Shown here: positions 1-12,495 of the stretch, one piece after another
Layout of the letters: the number at the start of each line of letters is the position of its first letter
Position numbering within the stretch: the stretch's first letter is position 1
Assembly (NCBI GenBank): GCA_038087875.1
Contig: CM075998.1
Coordinates: 3,288,001-3,352,000 of the forward strand
Direction: 5' to 3'
DNA length: 64,000 nucleotides
Origin: Malacoraja senta
Lineage: Eukaryota
Program-made: the position numbers and the translations under genes
Notes under the pieces: generated by a model
Databases searched by the model: none
The model's input: the letters and a program-made list of their open reading frames with translations, nothing else
What the model was told of the DNA's origin: nothing

Positions 1-357
1 ACAAATGTGAAGCACTTTGGCCAACGAGAGTTGTTTTTTAAATGTGCTATATAAATAAATGTGACTTGACTTGATTTGATCTATGGAGCGAAGGAAATAG
101 GCAACGTTTTGTCCCGAAACGTTGCCTATTTCCTTTGCTCCATAGATGCTGCTGCACCCGCTGAGTTTCTCCAGCACTTTTGTCTACCATTGACTTGACC
201 ATTAATCTTTCTTGCAATTGCTGGCTGGAAGGTGCTTTCTGCATTAGGATGGATCCCGGGGTCTCCGGCGCTGGCAAGCGCTGTCAGGCAGCAACTCCAC
301 CGGGTTGCGCCACCGTGCCGCCCGGCTCACGACGTCATTTGGCCATTTTTCACCCAC

Positions 358-538
358 CGTTTAAAAAGTTCCGCTGGGACTCCAGGATCTGGCTGATGCT
401 GGAAACCCATCCCTGCCGGATTTCGGGATTGGCGACTTGCAGGACGTATCGCACCATGTTCCCGTCGGTCCCACGAGAGGTCAGCGTGAATTTACACGGG
501 TCGTTGTCCACCGATTCCTCAAGTCCCAGGCAGCTGAC
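358..538 (-). CDS. ARHGEF25: ARHGEF25 exon, C-terminal part of PH domain (VSCLGLEESVDNDPCKFTLTSRGTDGNMVRYVLQ...ILESQRNFLN)
   Basis: 181 nt, AG acceptor at 539-540, GT donor at 356-357. The peptide matches the TRIO-C/ARHGEF25 PH domain; VSCLGLE, TSRG..G...RYVLQ and ILESQR are ARHGEF25-type residues as recalled from the human protein. Confidence 0.88.
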
Positions 539-744
539 CTGGACGGGGAACACGGAGGGAAATCTTCGATAGAGATCGGCGCAGAGGTAACACAAAAACG
601 CTGGAGTAACTCAGCGGGGACAGGCAGCGTCTCCGGAGAGAAGGAATGGGCGACGTTTCGGGTCCCCTTATCCGAATCATGAATATACAAATGTGAGGAG
701 AAGTGGCCCCTTTTCACAACTCCACTCTGGAGAACATGGATGGG

Positions 745-1230
745 TACAAACTGCTGGAGTAAGTCAGCGGGCTTGGATGGGTGACGTTTCGGGTCGAGCC
801 CCTTCTTCAGACTGAGGGTCAGGGGAGAGGGAGACTAGAGGTGTGGACAGGTTCAGAATAAATCGGAGCTGGCGCCGATGGCCCGGGAGAGGTGGAGCCC
901 ACAATGGTCCATTGTTGGCTGTGGAAGAGGTGATAATGAGGGGCAGTGGAACTAGCAGGACGACTAGGGTGGGGGAGGGGCGGGGAGAGAGGGTTACTTG
1001 AAGTTAGAGAAGTCAATGTTCATACCGCTGGGGTGTAACCTGCCCAAGCGAAATATGAGGTGGTGTTCCTCCAATTTGTGCTGGGCCTCACTCTGACAGT
1101 GGAGGAGGCCCAGGACAGAAAGGTCAGTGTGGGAATGGGAGGGGGAGTTGAAGTGTTTGGCAACCGGGAGATCAGGTGGGCCCAGGCGGACTGAGCGGAG
1201 GTGTCGAACGAAACGATCGCCCAGTCTACG
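745..1230 (-). mobile_element. Penelope-like element 3' fragment (GIY-YIG C-terminus plus terminal repeat)
   Basis: RRLGDRFVRHLRSVRLG.PDLPVAKHFNSPSHS...LEEHHLIFRLG.LHPSGMNIDFSNFK*. Similar fragments at about 2065-2215, 13530-13825, 40575-40850 and 56040-56370 (all minus). Confidence 0.75.
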
Positions 1231-1302
1231 CTGATGTGTAAAATGGCGGGAGGGTTGGGCTGTAGGGGGGATGGGGCAGGAGGGCGTCGCGCGGCTCCTC
1301 AC

Positions 1303-1494
1303 CTTAATGCTGTTCTTGAAGAGGTAGCCCGGCAGTGAGAAGCCCTTCTTCTTATCCAGTGGCTCACTGAAGATGACGATCTGCTCGAAGAGGAATACCC
1401 GTCGCTCCTTGCAGCGCGACAGCAAGCCGGCGTCCTGCTCCGTCACGTGAAACGTGTCCTGTTGCAGGAGTTTGCCCTGCGCTGTGATCTTGCC
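1303..1494 (-). CDS. ARHGEF25: ARHGEF25 exon, N-terminal part of PH domain (GKITAQGKLLQQDTFHVTEQDAG...GYLFKNSIK)
   Basis: 192 nt, phase 0/0, ccccag acceptor and gtgagg donor, in frame with both neighbouring exons. Confidence 0.9.
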
Positions 1495-2367
1495 CTGGGG
1501 GGGGGGGGAGGGGAGGAAGCAACGGCGCGCGGGTCAGGCTCCGCGGAAGCACGGCGGCGCGGCGCAAACGGGAAAACCGAGCGCCACCGATAAACGGCGG
1601 CAACACCTTATCCGAAGACGGACACAAAATGGTGGAGTAACTCAGCGGGTCAGGCAGCATCTCTGGAGAGAGGGAATGGGTGACGTTTCGGGTCAAGAGC
1701 CTTCTTCAGACTGAGAGTCAGGGGAGAGGGAGACACAGAGGTAAGGAAGTGTGAGGTGTGAAAACGGGACAAAGGGGATGGAGATCCAGGCAAATGTAGA
1801 ATAGATCATTGTTGGCTGGGAGAAGGTGACAACAAAGCAAACAGAGATAAAATGTAGTCGGAGTCAGGACTGGTGGGAGAACTGGGAAGGGGAGGGGAAT
1901 CATAGAAACATAGACAATAGGTGCAGGAGTTCAACCCTTCGAGCCAGCACCGCCATTTAAAATGATGATGGCTGATCATCCACAATCAGTACCCCGTTCC
2001 TGCTTTCTCCCCATATCCCTTGATTCCGTTAGGCCCAAGAGCTAAATCTAACTCTCTCTTGAAGGATGGAGAGAGGGAAAGCAAGGGTTACTTGAAGTTG
2101 GAGAAGTCAATATTCATACCGCTGGGGTGTGAGGTGCCCGAGCGAAATATGAGGTGCTGTTCCTCCAATTTGCGCTGGGCCTCACTGACAATGGAGGAGG
2201 CCCGGGACAGAAAGGTGGGGGGATGGGAATAGTTAAAGTGTTTGGCAGAGTAACTCAGCGGGACAGGCAGCATCTCCGGAGAGAAGGAATGGGCGACGTT
2301 TCGGGTCGAGACCCTGCCTCAGACTTACAGTTGCCACTGAGTGAGGGAAGGAAAGGGAAGTAAGTAC

Positions 2368-2445
2368 CTCGAAGCCTTGTAGACGGCCCACATTCATCAT
2401 GTCATTGCAGCGTCGGGGAACAAAGCACATCACCTCAACGGCTTT
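2368..2445 (-). CDS. ARHGEF25: ARHGEF25 exon, DH-PH linker (KAVEVMCFVPRRCNDMMNVGRLQGFE)
   Basis: 78 nt, tgcag acceptor, gtactt donor; hallmark TRIO/KALRN/ARHGEF25 motif. Confidence 0.9.
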
Positions 2446-3755
2446 CTGCATGGGCGACAACATCACAAGGTTAACATACGTGCAAACGGTTCATCAGTTC
2501 TAGGAGCAGAATTAGGCCATTCGGCCCATCAAGTCTACTCCGCCATTCAATCATGGCTGATCTATCTCTCCCTCCCAACCCCATTCTCCTGCCTTCTCCC
2601 CATAACCCCTGACACCCGTACTGATCAAGAATCTACCTAAAGTACACAAAAAGGCTGGAGAAACTCAGCGGGTGCAGCAGCATCTATGGAGCGAAGGAAA
2701 TAGGCAACATTTCGGGCCCGAAACCCTTCTCCATAGATGCTGCTGCACCCGCTGAGTTTCTCCAGCCTTTTTGTGTACCTTCGATTTTCCAGCATCTGCA
2801 GTTCCTTCTTTAACAAGAATCTATCTATCTCTGCCTTGAGATTATCCATTGACTTGGCCTCCACAGCCGTCTGCGGCAAAGAATTCCACAGATTCACCAC
2901 CCTCTGACTAAAGAAATTCCTTCTCATCTCCTTCCTAAAGGTACATCCTTCAATTCTGAGGCCGTGCCCTCTGGTCCTAGACTCTCCCACTAGTGGAAAC
3001 ATCCTCTCCACATCCAGGTCTTTCACTGTTCGGGTAAGTTTCAATGAGGTCCCCTCCCCTCATCCTTCTAAACTCCAGCGAGTGCAGGCCCAGTGCCGAC
3101 AAACGCTCATCGTATGTTAACCCACTCATTCCTGGGATCATTCTGGCAAAAAGGTTCGCTTGGTCAATCGCGGCACGTATCGCAGGGACACGAGGGTGGG
3201 GGGAAGGGTAGGTGATGGTCAGGGTACAGAGGACAGAGGCTGGGACGTTATGGTACAGTTGCACAAGACGTTGGTGAGGCCGCATTCGCAGCATTGTGCT
3301 CCATTTTGGTCACCCTACTCCAGTGAGGATGGCGTTAATGTGGAACGGGTACAGAGAAGATTTACGAGGATGCTGCCAGGACTCGAGGGCCTGAGCTGCA
3401 GGGAGAGGCTGAGCAGGCTGGGACTCTATTCCCTGGAGCGCAGGAGGATGAAGGGATGATCTTAACCCCAGAACCTGTCCCACCCCGGGTCATTCCTTCT
3501 TCTCCCCGGCTCCCGTCCGGCAGAAGGTACAGAAACTTGAAAGCCCGCACCACCAGACTCAGGAACAGCTTCTTCCCCTCTGTTATCAGGCTTCTGAACG
3601 GCCCTTCCACAAGCTAGGGTACTGTCCCATTCACCTCGACCCCATTGCGGACATTGGACTTTGTCTCTGGAACTGATGCACTATGATGCTGAGAACTAGA
3701 TTCTGCACCCTTCGCTCTACCTATGGACCTGAGTTTGACTGGATGTGTAGAAAGA

Positions 3756-4490
3756 CACAGAGTGCTGGAGTAACTCAGCGGGTCAGGCAGCATCTGTGGA
3801 GAACATGGATAGGTGACGTTTCACAGAGTGCTGGAGTAACTCAGCGGGTCAGGCAGCATCTGTGGAGCGAAGGAAATGGGCAACCTTTCGGGCCGAAACC
3901 CTGAAGGAAATAGGCAACGTTTCGGGCCGAAACGTTGCCTATTTCCTTCGCTCCATAGATGCTGCCGGAACATGGATAGGTGACGTTTCACAGAGTGCTG
4001 GAGTAACTCAGCGGGTCAGGCAGCATCTGTGGAGAACATGGATAGGTGACGTTTCACAGAGTGCTGGAGTAACTCAGCGGGTCAGGCAGCATCTGTGGAG
4101 AACATGGATAGGTGACTTTTCACAGAGTGCTGGAGTAACTCAGCGGGTCAGGCAGCATCTGTGGAGAACATGGATAGGTGACGTTTCACAGGGTGCTGGA
4201 GTAACTCAGCGGGTCAGGCAGCATCTGTGGAGCGAAGGAAATGGGCAACCTTTTGGGCCGAAACCCTGAAGGAAATAGGCAACGTTTCGGGCCGAAACCC
4301 GGAAGGGTTTCGGGCCGAAACGTTGCCTATTTCCTTCGCTCCATAGATGCTGCCGGAACATGGATAGGTGACGTTTAACAGAGTGCTGGAGTAACTCAGC
4401 GGGTCAGGCAGCATCTGTGGAGAACATGGATAGGTGACGTTTCACAGAGTGCTGGGGTAACTCAGCGGGTCAGGCAGCATCTGTGGAGTG
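3756..4490 (+). repeat. Composite tandem array of 66-nt Penelope-terminal-repeat units interleaved with a second terminal-repeat subfamily
   Basis: Unit CACAGAGTGCTGGAGTAACTCAGCGGGTCAGGCAGCATCTGTGGAGAACATGGATAGGTGACGTTT; higher-order duplication of the interleaved block. Confidence 0.9.
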
Positions 4491-5101
4491 AAGGAATGGG
4501 AGACATTTTGGGTCAGAACCCTTCTTCAGAGAAAGCTTCTGACCTGAAACATCCTATTTCTCCAGAGACGCTGCCTGTCCCGCTGAGTTACTCCAGCACT
4601 TTGTGTCTATCTTCGGTGTAAACCAGCGTCTGCAGTTAGTTTTTATATATCGACTTGATTGTATTTATGTGTGGTATTATCTGATCTAATGGATAGCATG
4701 AAACACAAAGCTTTACCACTGTACCTCGTGACAGGAATAAAGCGGCCCGGTGGCGCTGCGGTAGAGTTGCTGCCTTACTTACAGCACCAGAGACCCAGGT
4801 TCGATCCCCACTACGGACGCTGTCTGTACAGAGTTTGAACGTTCTCCCCGTGACCTGCGTGGGTGTTCTCCGAGATCTTCAGTTTCCTCCCGCACTCCAA
4901 AGACGTACAGGTTTGTAGGCTAATTGGCTTGGTATAAATGTAAAAACTGTCCCTAGTGTGTGTAGAATAGTGTTAGTGTGCGGGGATCGCTGGTCGGCGC
5001 GGACTCGGTGGGCCGAAGGGCCTGTTTCCATGCTGTATCTCTAAACTAAACTAAATAAACTTCAACCGAAGCCTAGTCTAAATGAGTAATAATCACTGTA
5101 C

Positions 5102-5152
5102 CTCTAACTGAGTGGTGTCCAGCCCAGCCTTCTTTGAATACTTCAGGAAATC
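5102..5152 (-). CDS. ARHGEF25: ARHGEF25 small exon (DFLKYSKKAGLDTTQLE)
   Basis: Found by manual translation; not in the ORF track. 51 nt, cctgcag acceptor, gtacag donor. Fills the expected gap between ...YQLLLK and KAVEVMC. Confidence 0.9.
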
Positions 5153-5743
5153 CTGCAGGAGGAAGGAAAAGGAACAGGCAAGTTAAGGATGTAGGGAAGG
5201 AACTGCAGATGCTGGTTTACACCGAAGACAAGACACAAAGTGCTGGAGTAACTCAGCGGGACAGGCAGCATCTCTGGAGAGAAGGAATGGGTGACGTTTC
5301 GGGTCAAGGCAGTCTCTTCAGACTGAGAGTCAGGGGAGAGGGAGTCTAGGGATGTGGAAGGGTAAAGGGCCTGTCCCACTTGGGCATCATTTGCACGTAA
5401 TTTACGCGACAACATTTAGGCGTCACGACGCACGAAGCATGCATGGTGCGTGGTGACATAGGCAGTGACGAGCGGCGCCCCAGGACTTTGGGATGTACAA
5501 AATCTTTGCGCGCCATCTGCGTGACGCGCAAATGACGCCCAAGTCCGACAGGCCCTCAAGGCGTGAAAAGGACAGATCAAAGCAGATGGTGATAAGGAAA
5601 TGTAGAATGGTCCATTGTTCGCTGAGGGGAAGGTGACAACGAGGCTTGCGACCGGTAATAGTTAATCGGGGGGGCAGGAGAACTAGGGTGGGGGAGGGAC
5701 GGAGAGAGAGAGGGGGAAAGCAGTTGGAGATACGACGTGGAAA

Positions 5744-6130
5744 CCAAAGATCCCACAGTGAGCAAGATAGACCACTCGACGAAAATGACGTAGTACGGTC
5801 ATGGGCAGATTCATGGGTCATTTAAGGCCCCATTTCCGTAACCGGCTTCCCAAAGATCCCATAGGATGCTAGTGCGGAGACGGAAGCCGGTTACGGAAAC
5901 ATCCTCGTAAAAATAAAAGTTATTTGGTAAAAATCTTCTCCTCATTTTCAGAATTATAATTTATTAACATAAACTGTTCCCCCGCAACGTTGATTACACT
6001 GCGAGTCGGGTCGGGTCCGGTTACTGAAATGGATGAAAAAAAGGCCCACGTTCTGTTCCGTTGCGTACTACACGTCAGCCCATTGCATTTAGCAGGAGTG
6101 GTCTATCTTGCTTCGCTATAGGATCTTTGG
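5744..6130. mobile_element. Non-autonomous DNA transposon with about 34-bp TIRs (CCAAAGATCC..AGCAAGATAGACCACTC) and a 6-bp TSD
   Basis: TGGAAA at 5738-5743 and 6131-6136 flanks the inverted termini. Confidence 0.78.
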
Positions 6131-6444
6131 TGGAAACAGGCCAGACTGAAGAAGGGTCTCGACCCGAAACCTCACCCCTTCCTTCTCTCCAGAGATTCTT
6201 GCCTGTCTCGCTGAGTTACTCTGGCGTTTTGGGTCTGTCTCAAGTTAAGGGCAGCAGATGAGTCAGCAATATCAACGCCATTAAACAGCAGAGTGGTTGC
6301 TGTTCCACGCTGCCAAAGAGCCACACATCCAGATACGTGGACAGCCTGGCGCGGACTCGGGTAGAAGCAGGGTGCATGGAGGACTGATGCAGAGGATGCA
6401 GAACTAAAGGAGGAAGCATTCACCTTGCTGCATGGGGCGTTACA

Positions 6445-7140
6445 ATAGACAATGGACTATAAGTGCAGGAGTCGGCCATTCGAACCAGCACCGCCATTCA
6501 ATGTGATCATGGCTGATCATCCCCAATCAGTACCCCGTTCCTGCCTTCTCCCCACATCCCCTGACTCCGCTATCTTTAAGAGCCCTATCTAGCTCTCTGT
6601 TCAAAGTATCCAGAGAACCGGCCTCCACCGCCCTCTGAGGCAGAGAATTCCACAGACTCACCACTCTCGGTGAGAAAAAGTGTTTCCTCGTCTCCGTTCT
6701 AAATGGCTTACTCCTTATTCTTAAACGGTGGCCCCTGGTTCTGGACTCCCCCAACATCGGGAACCTGTTTCCTGCCTCTAGCGTGTCCAAGCCCTTAACA
6801 ATCTTATATGTTTCAATGAGATGCCCTCTCATCCTAAATTACAGAGTATACAAACCCAGTCGCTCCATTCTTTCATCATATGACAGTCCCGCCATCCCGG
6901 GAATTAACCTTGTGAACCTACGCTGCACTCCCTCAATAGCAAGAATGTCCTTCCTCAAATTAGGGGACCAAAACTGCACACAATACTCCAGGTGTGGTCT
7001 CACTAGGGCCCTGTACAACTGCAGAAGGACCTCTTTGCTCCTATACTCGACTCCTCTTGTTATGAAGGCCAATATGCCATTCGCTTTCTTCACTGCCTGC
7101 TGTACCTGGATGCTTACTTTCATAGACTGATGTACAAGGA
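6445..7140 (-). mobile_element. CR1 LINE 3' fragment
   Basis: ORFs 6527-6832 and 6839-7279 (LYRALVRPHLEYCVQFWSP...). Comparable CR1 3' fragments at about 8790-9055(+), 38085-38612(+), 45540-46095(-), 50520-51075(+), 55045-55535(-), 58030-58612(-) and 59690-60160(-). Confidence 0.9.
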
Positions 7141-7144
7141 CCCC

Positions 7145-8428
7145 CAGGAGGGCGCAGCCAAAGCATGCACCCCTTAACATCAGTGGCGTCACAGTGGAGA
7201 GAGTGGAGAGCATAAAGTTCCTCGGGATGCAAATTACAGACAGCCTCACCTGGTCCAGAAACACCACTGGGACCGTCAAAAGGGCCCATCAGCGACTGCA
7301 CTTCCTGAGGAAACTAAAACAGGCCTCACTCCCCACCAACATCCTCAGGACTTTCTACAGGGGTACGGTGGAGTCTGTACTCATGTACTGTTTAAATACG
7401 TGGTACTCCACCTGCAACTGCTCGGACAGGAAGGCTCTGCAGAGGGTAGTGAGGGGAGCAGAGAAGATCATTGGCGTCTCCCTACCCTCGGTACAAGAAC
7501 TGTTCCTGAGCCGCTGTCGGAAAAAAAGCCCCAAAAATTGCTAAAGACAAACTGCACCCCCTCCACATACACCTGGATCTCCTGCCATCAGGCAAGAGAT
7601 ATCGCAGCATCAAAGCCCGGACTACAAGACTGCTAAACAGCTTCCTGCCATATGCTGTGAGGCTGCTAAACAGCCACTCTGTACTCACAGTCACCTGATT
7701 CTGCGGCTTGGCACGGACACTATAATAACTGGCACTGGCCACTTCAATAACTGGCACTGGCCATGTCAATAACTGGCACTGGCCACTTCAATAACTGGCA
7801 CTGGCCACGTCAATAACTGGCACCGGCCACTTCAATAACTGGCACTGGCCACGTCAATAACTGGCACCGGCCACTTCAATAACTGGCACTGGCCACGTCA
7901 ATAACTGGCACTGGCCACTTCAATAACTGGCACTGGCCACGTCAATAACTGGCACCGGCCACTTCAATAACTGGCACTGGACACTTCAATAACTGGCACT
8001 GGCCACTTCAATAACTGGCACTGGCCACGTCAATAACTGGCACTGGCCACTTCAATAACTGGCACTGGCCACGTCAATAACTGGCACTGGCCACTTCAAT
8101 AACTGGCACTGGCCACGTCAATAACTGGCACTGGCCACTTCAATAACTGGCACTGGACACTTCAATAACTGGCACTGGCCACTCAAATCAGCCACCCCGG
8201 ACATGTTTATGATTGGTCTCACTGTATTTTAACGTTGTTTGTATCTATTTTAACTTATACTGTTCCATCAGGGACTGGATTGTTTTAGTGTTGTTATTAT
8301 TATGTGTGAAATGTTTTAAACGTCATGTGCGATGCTCCGGTATTCCCTGGGAAACGTCTTTTCGTTTTGCACTGCACAACTGTTGCTTGCAAGATGCCAA
8401 TAAAGGAATTGAATTGAATTGAATTGAG
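7145..8428 (+). mobile_element. Rex1/Babar-like LINE 3' fragment with a minisatellite in its 3' UTR and an (ATTGA)n tail
   Basis: VERVESIKFLG...KRAHQRLHFLRKLK...FYRGTVESVL...LQRVVRGAEKIIG...LLPSGKRYRSI; AATAAA plus tail at about 8399-8428. Confidence 0.8.
7724..8183 (+). repeat. 22-nt minisatellite (AATAACTGGCACTGGCCAC[T/G]TC), about 21 copies
   Basis: Direct tandem repeat visible in the sequence. Confidence 0.95.
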
Positions 8429-9413
8429 ATCTCGTTGTACTTCCCCTCCCACACTCCAAAGACGTACGGGTTTGTAGGTCAATTGGCTTTGGTAAAATTG
8501 TAAACTGGCCCGTGTGTGTGTGTGTGTGTGTGTGTGTGTAGGATAGTGTCAGTGTGCGGGGATCGCTGGTCGGCGCGGACTCGCTGGGCCGAAGGCTTCT
8601 GTTTCTCTAAGCTAAGCTGAACATGTTTACTTTACAATGGGGTTGAGATGATCAGCCTGGTGTGTCACTACACTGCCCGGGTTATCAATCCTTCATTCCC
8701 GGGAGCAGCAGGGCCATTCCTGGAACTGTATGAGGACTGGAACATTCCTGGAACTGGAACTCGGAGACGAGGAAACACTTTTTTTTAGAACGGAGACGAG
8801 GAAACACTTTTTCTCACAGGGAGTGGTGAGTCTGTGGAATTCTCTGCCTCAGAGGGCGGTGGAGGCAGGTTCTCTGGATGCTTTCAAGAGAGAGCTAGAT
8901 AGGGCTCTTAAAGATAGCGGAGTCAGGGGATATGGGGAGAAGGCTGGAACGGGGTACTGATTGGGGATGATCAGCCATGATCACATTGAATGGCGGTGCT
9001 GGCTCGAAGGGCCAAATGGCCTCTACTCCTGCACCTATTGTCTATTGTCTATTGTATGCTGTAGCTGGCAATAAATCAAACCCAGCTCAAGGGCTGTCAT
9101 GCGGCCTGTGGGCCAAATAGCAGCAGGGCCTGTCTTTAAGGGGGCCAGAGGATTCGCAGGGCCATAGCCATTTGCTTTGCCATAACCATTTTGCAATAGC
9201 TAGCAAGCGAGGTGTTGCTGCTTTGCAGCTCGCAGTTCCGCTGCAGCAGCGGTGCAGTTGCAGCGTCCGCCGCGCGTGCAGTTGAGCGCATTCAAGGCCC
9301 CCCCCCCCTCCCCCGAGACCCGCAGGGCGAAATTGCGCGTTTGCGGGGTGCCACGTTTCAAGCGACGCAAGAGAGCCGTTTACCCACACGCAGCTCGACG
9401 GCTGCATCCTCTG

Positions 9414-9722
9414 GGGCACGGTGGTGCAGCGGTAGAGTGGCTGCCTCACCGCGCCAGAGACCCGGGTTCCATCCTGACCACGGGTGCTGTCTGTACGGAG
9501 TTTGTACGTTCTCCCCGTGACCTGCGTGGGTTTTCTCCGGGTGCTCCGGTTTCCTCCCACACTCCAAAGACGTGCGGGTTTGTAGGTTAATCGGCTTGGT
9601 GTAAATGTAAATTGTCCCTAGTGTGTGTAGGAAAGTGTTAGTGTGCGGGGATCGCTGGTCAGCGCGGACTCGGTGGGCCGAAGGGCCTGTTTCCACGCTG
9701 TATCTCTAGACTAAACTAAACT
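9414..9722 (+). mobile_element. tRNA-derived V-SINE (HE1-like), representative full-length copy
   Basis: A-box (GTGGTGCAGCGG), B-box (GGTTCCATCC), V-domain (TTCTCCCCGTGACCTGCGTGGGTTTTCTCCGGGTGCTCCGGTTTCCTCCCAC), CR1-like tail and (TAAAC)n. More than 20 copies in the window, e.g. 4745-5055, 12063-12365, 13947-14241, 29507-29818, 31310-31612 (+); 30060-30350, 37650-37945, 57048-57347 (-). Confidence 0.85.
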
Positions 9723-10557
9723 ATGGAAGCTGGGTCGTTATGGTAGAGTTGCACAAGACGTTGGTGAGGCCACATTTGGAGTATTGTGTCCATTTTTCTT
9801 CACCCTGCTGTAGTAAGGACATCGTTAAGATGGAGAGGGTGCAGACAAGATTTACGAGGATGTTGCCGGGATTCGAGGGTCTGAGCTACAGGGAGAGGTT
9901 GAGCAGGCTGGGACTCTATTCCCTGGAGAGCATGAGGATGAGGGGCGATCTTATAGAGATGTGTAAAATCATGAGAGGAATAGATCGGGTAGACGCACAG
10001 AGTCTCTTGCCCAGAGTAGGGGAATCGAGAACCAGAGGACATAGGTTCAAGGGGAAGGATTATATAGGAATCTGGACTGAAAGGCGGATGAGGTTTGTGG
10101 CTGTGTATTTTTTAATGGAAGCCTTGGTCTGCCTTGTCTCTCCCTCCTGCTGCCAGACCTCTGCCGGCGCTCCCTTTCCCAACTCCCGGAATCTGCAATG
10201 TGCAATCTTCCGACGTTCCTCGATAATGGAGAGGTCAGGATTAAGTTCAGTTGAGAGATACAGCGCGGAAACAGGCCCTTTTCGGCCCACCGAGTCCGCA
10301 CCGACCAGCGATCCCCGCACACTAACACTATCCTACACACACACACACAGTAGGAACAATCTCCGTACAGACAGCACCCGTAGTGGCACTGCAAGCGCTG
10401 CGTCACCGCTTAAAAAAAATATTCGTCTTTTAAAGACTGTCTTGACGAGAATGAGTGGGATCGGCAAACAACCGTCAACGCCAGCCAGAACAAGCACCCC
10501 CCCCCCCCCCCCCGTAGAATATTTTGTCACCCGGCAAAGGCGTAGAACGTTCCCCAC

Positions 10558-10650
10558 CTTTAGTAGAAGCTGGTATTTCATGATTCTCTGAACAGGTTTG
10601 ATAAGCAAGTCATTCAACTGAAGCCTGTGGCCTAGTTGCTGCTTCAGCTC
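10558..10650 (-). CDS. ARHGEF25: ARHGEF25 exon, DH domain ([31 protein letters not shown])
   Basis: 93 nt, tttcag acceptor, gtgggg donor. DH conserved region 3; [15 protein letters not shown] is ARHGEF25-like rather than TRIO-like. Confidence 0.92.
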
Positions 10651-11395
10651 CTGAAAAACAAGCAGAAACCATTACCAGAGACGGCCGTGGCCCTCTCGAA
10701 TGTTGCTCTCCCCCTCTCCGCCCCAAACCGCTGTATTCACCGCATCCTATCTCAATTGCTTGTTACATCCTCCTAAGTGTATTCAGCTCTTTCCACCACC
10801 GGCACCTTAAATGCTCCACATTCACTCTCACCGGCCACTTATGATGCATAACAATGCTTATAGCCAGCAGGACTAACGCTGCATTCAAAGCCGCGGAGGA
10901 GTGGGTTAACATACGATGAGCGTTTGTCGGCACTGGGCCTGTACTTGCTGGAGTTTAGAAAGACGAGGGGGGGGGTCTCATGGAAACGTACCGAATAGTG
11001 AAAGGCCTGGATAGAGCGGATGTGGAGAGGATGTTTCACTAGTGGGAGAGTCTAGGACCAGAGGGGCGCAGCCTTAGAATTAAAGGACGTTCCTTTAGGA
11101 AGGAGATGAGGAGGAATTTATTTCGTCAGAGGGTGGAATTCTTTGCCACAGACGGCTGTGGAGGCCAAGTCAGTGGATAATTTTAAGGCAGAGATAGATA
11201 GATTCTTGATTAGTACGGGTGTTAGAGGGTTATGGGGAGAAGGCAGGAGAATGGGGTTGGGAGGGAGAGATAGATCAGCCACGATTGAATGGCGGAGTAG
11301 ACTTGATGGGCCGAATGGCCTAATTCTGCTCCTATCACTAATGTAACCACTAATGAGTCCACGTGCATACCAGAATGAAATGAAAGGGCACTCAC

Positions 11396-11484
11396 TTCAA
11401 AGTAGGTATCGATGTATTCGGAGACGATATGCTCAGATTTAGGTTTATTCTGGCAGTAAACCACGTACATATGTAACCGTCTTC
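11396..11484 (-). CDS. ARHGEF25: ARHGEF25 exon, DH domain ([E][29 protein letters not shown]); 1 nt short at its 5' end
   Basis: tttcag acceptor, gtgagt donor. 89 nt instead of the 90 needed for phase 0/0 (GAAGACGG where GAAAGACGG is expected). Confidence 0.85.
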
Positions 11485-12495
11485 CTGAAAATAATAGACG
11501 ATGATTCTGCTTAAGTTTTAGCACCAGACAAGATCACAGCGCACACAGGCCACCACCGCCGCCATTTTCCCTCGCTCGCTCGTACGCGCGCACGCGTTGC
11601 TTTCGTTCGGCCCTTCGGCCCCTGCAGTCGGCGCTGAGCGTCTGGCCAGCAAGCAATCACAGTGAAGATGAGTTTGAGTGTTTTTTATTGTCATCGGGCA
11701 AGAGGTACAGAAGTGTGAAAACGAACGCACACACCTCCAGATTCAGAGACAGTTTCTTCCCAGCTGTTATCAGGCAACTGAACCATCCTACCACAACCAG
11801 AGAGCGGTCCTGAACTACTATCTACCTCATTGGAGACCCTCGGACTATCCTTGATCAGACTTTACCTTGCACTAAACAGTATTCCCATATCATGTATCTG
11901 TATACTGTGGACGGCTCGATTGTAATCATGTATTGTCTTCCCGCTGACTGGTTAGCACGTGACAGAAGCTTTTCACTGTACCTCGGTACACGTGACAATA
12001 AACTAAACTGAACTAAAAAGACGCGTCCAATCTCACTTGGACACGCCTGATTTAACGGACTGGGGGCACGGTGGCGCAGCGTTAGAGTTGCTGCCCTCAC
12101 AGCGCTTGCAGCGCCAGAGACCCGGGTTCGATCCCGACTACGGGTGCTGTCTGTACGGAGTTTGTACCTTCTCCCCGTGACCTGCGTGGGGTTTATTCCG
12201 AGATCTTCAGTTTCCTCCCACACTGCAAAGGACGTGCAGGTTTGTGGGTTCATTGGCTTGGTGTGTGTGTGTAAATATCCCTGGGATAGGACAGGAATCG
12301 CTGGTTGGCGTGGACTCGGTGGGCCGAAGGGCCTGTTTCACGCTGTATTGTAAAAAACTAAATTTGCCCTGATCCAAATTCACTAGCGAAACGTTCATGC
12401 AATGTACTTGTCTAATTGTTTCTTAAACGATGGGATAGCACGGACTTCATTGTGTGTGTGCAGGTAGATGCGGACAGAGCTGCGGTCCAGCGTAA

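Noticed and set aside
9414..9490. tRNA genes suggested by A/B boxes
   Set aside because: They are the heads of SINEs and continue into V-domain and LINE-like tails.
9740..10591. 283-aa plus-strand ORF
   Set aside because: Chance read-through of a CR1 fragment, a SINE and the antisense of an ARHGEF25 exon.
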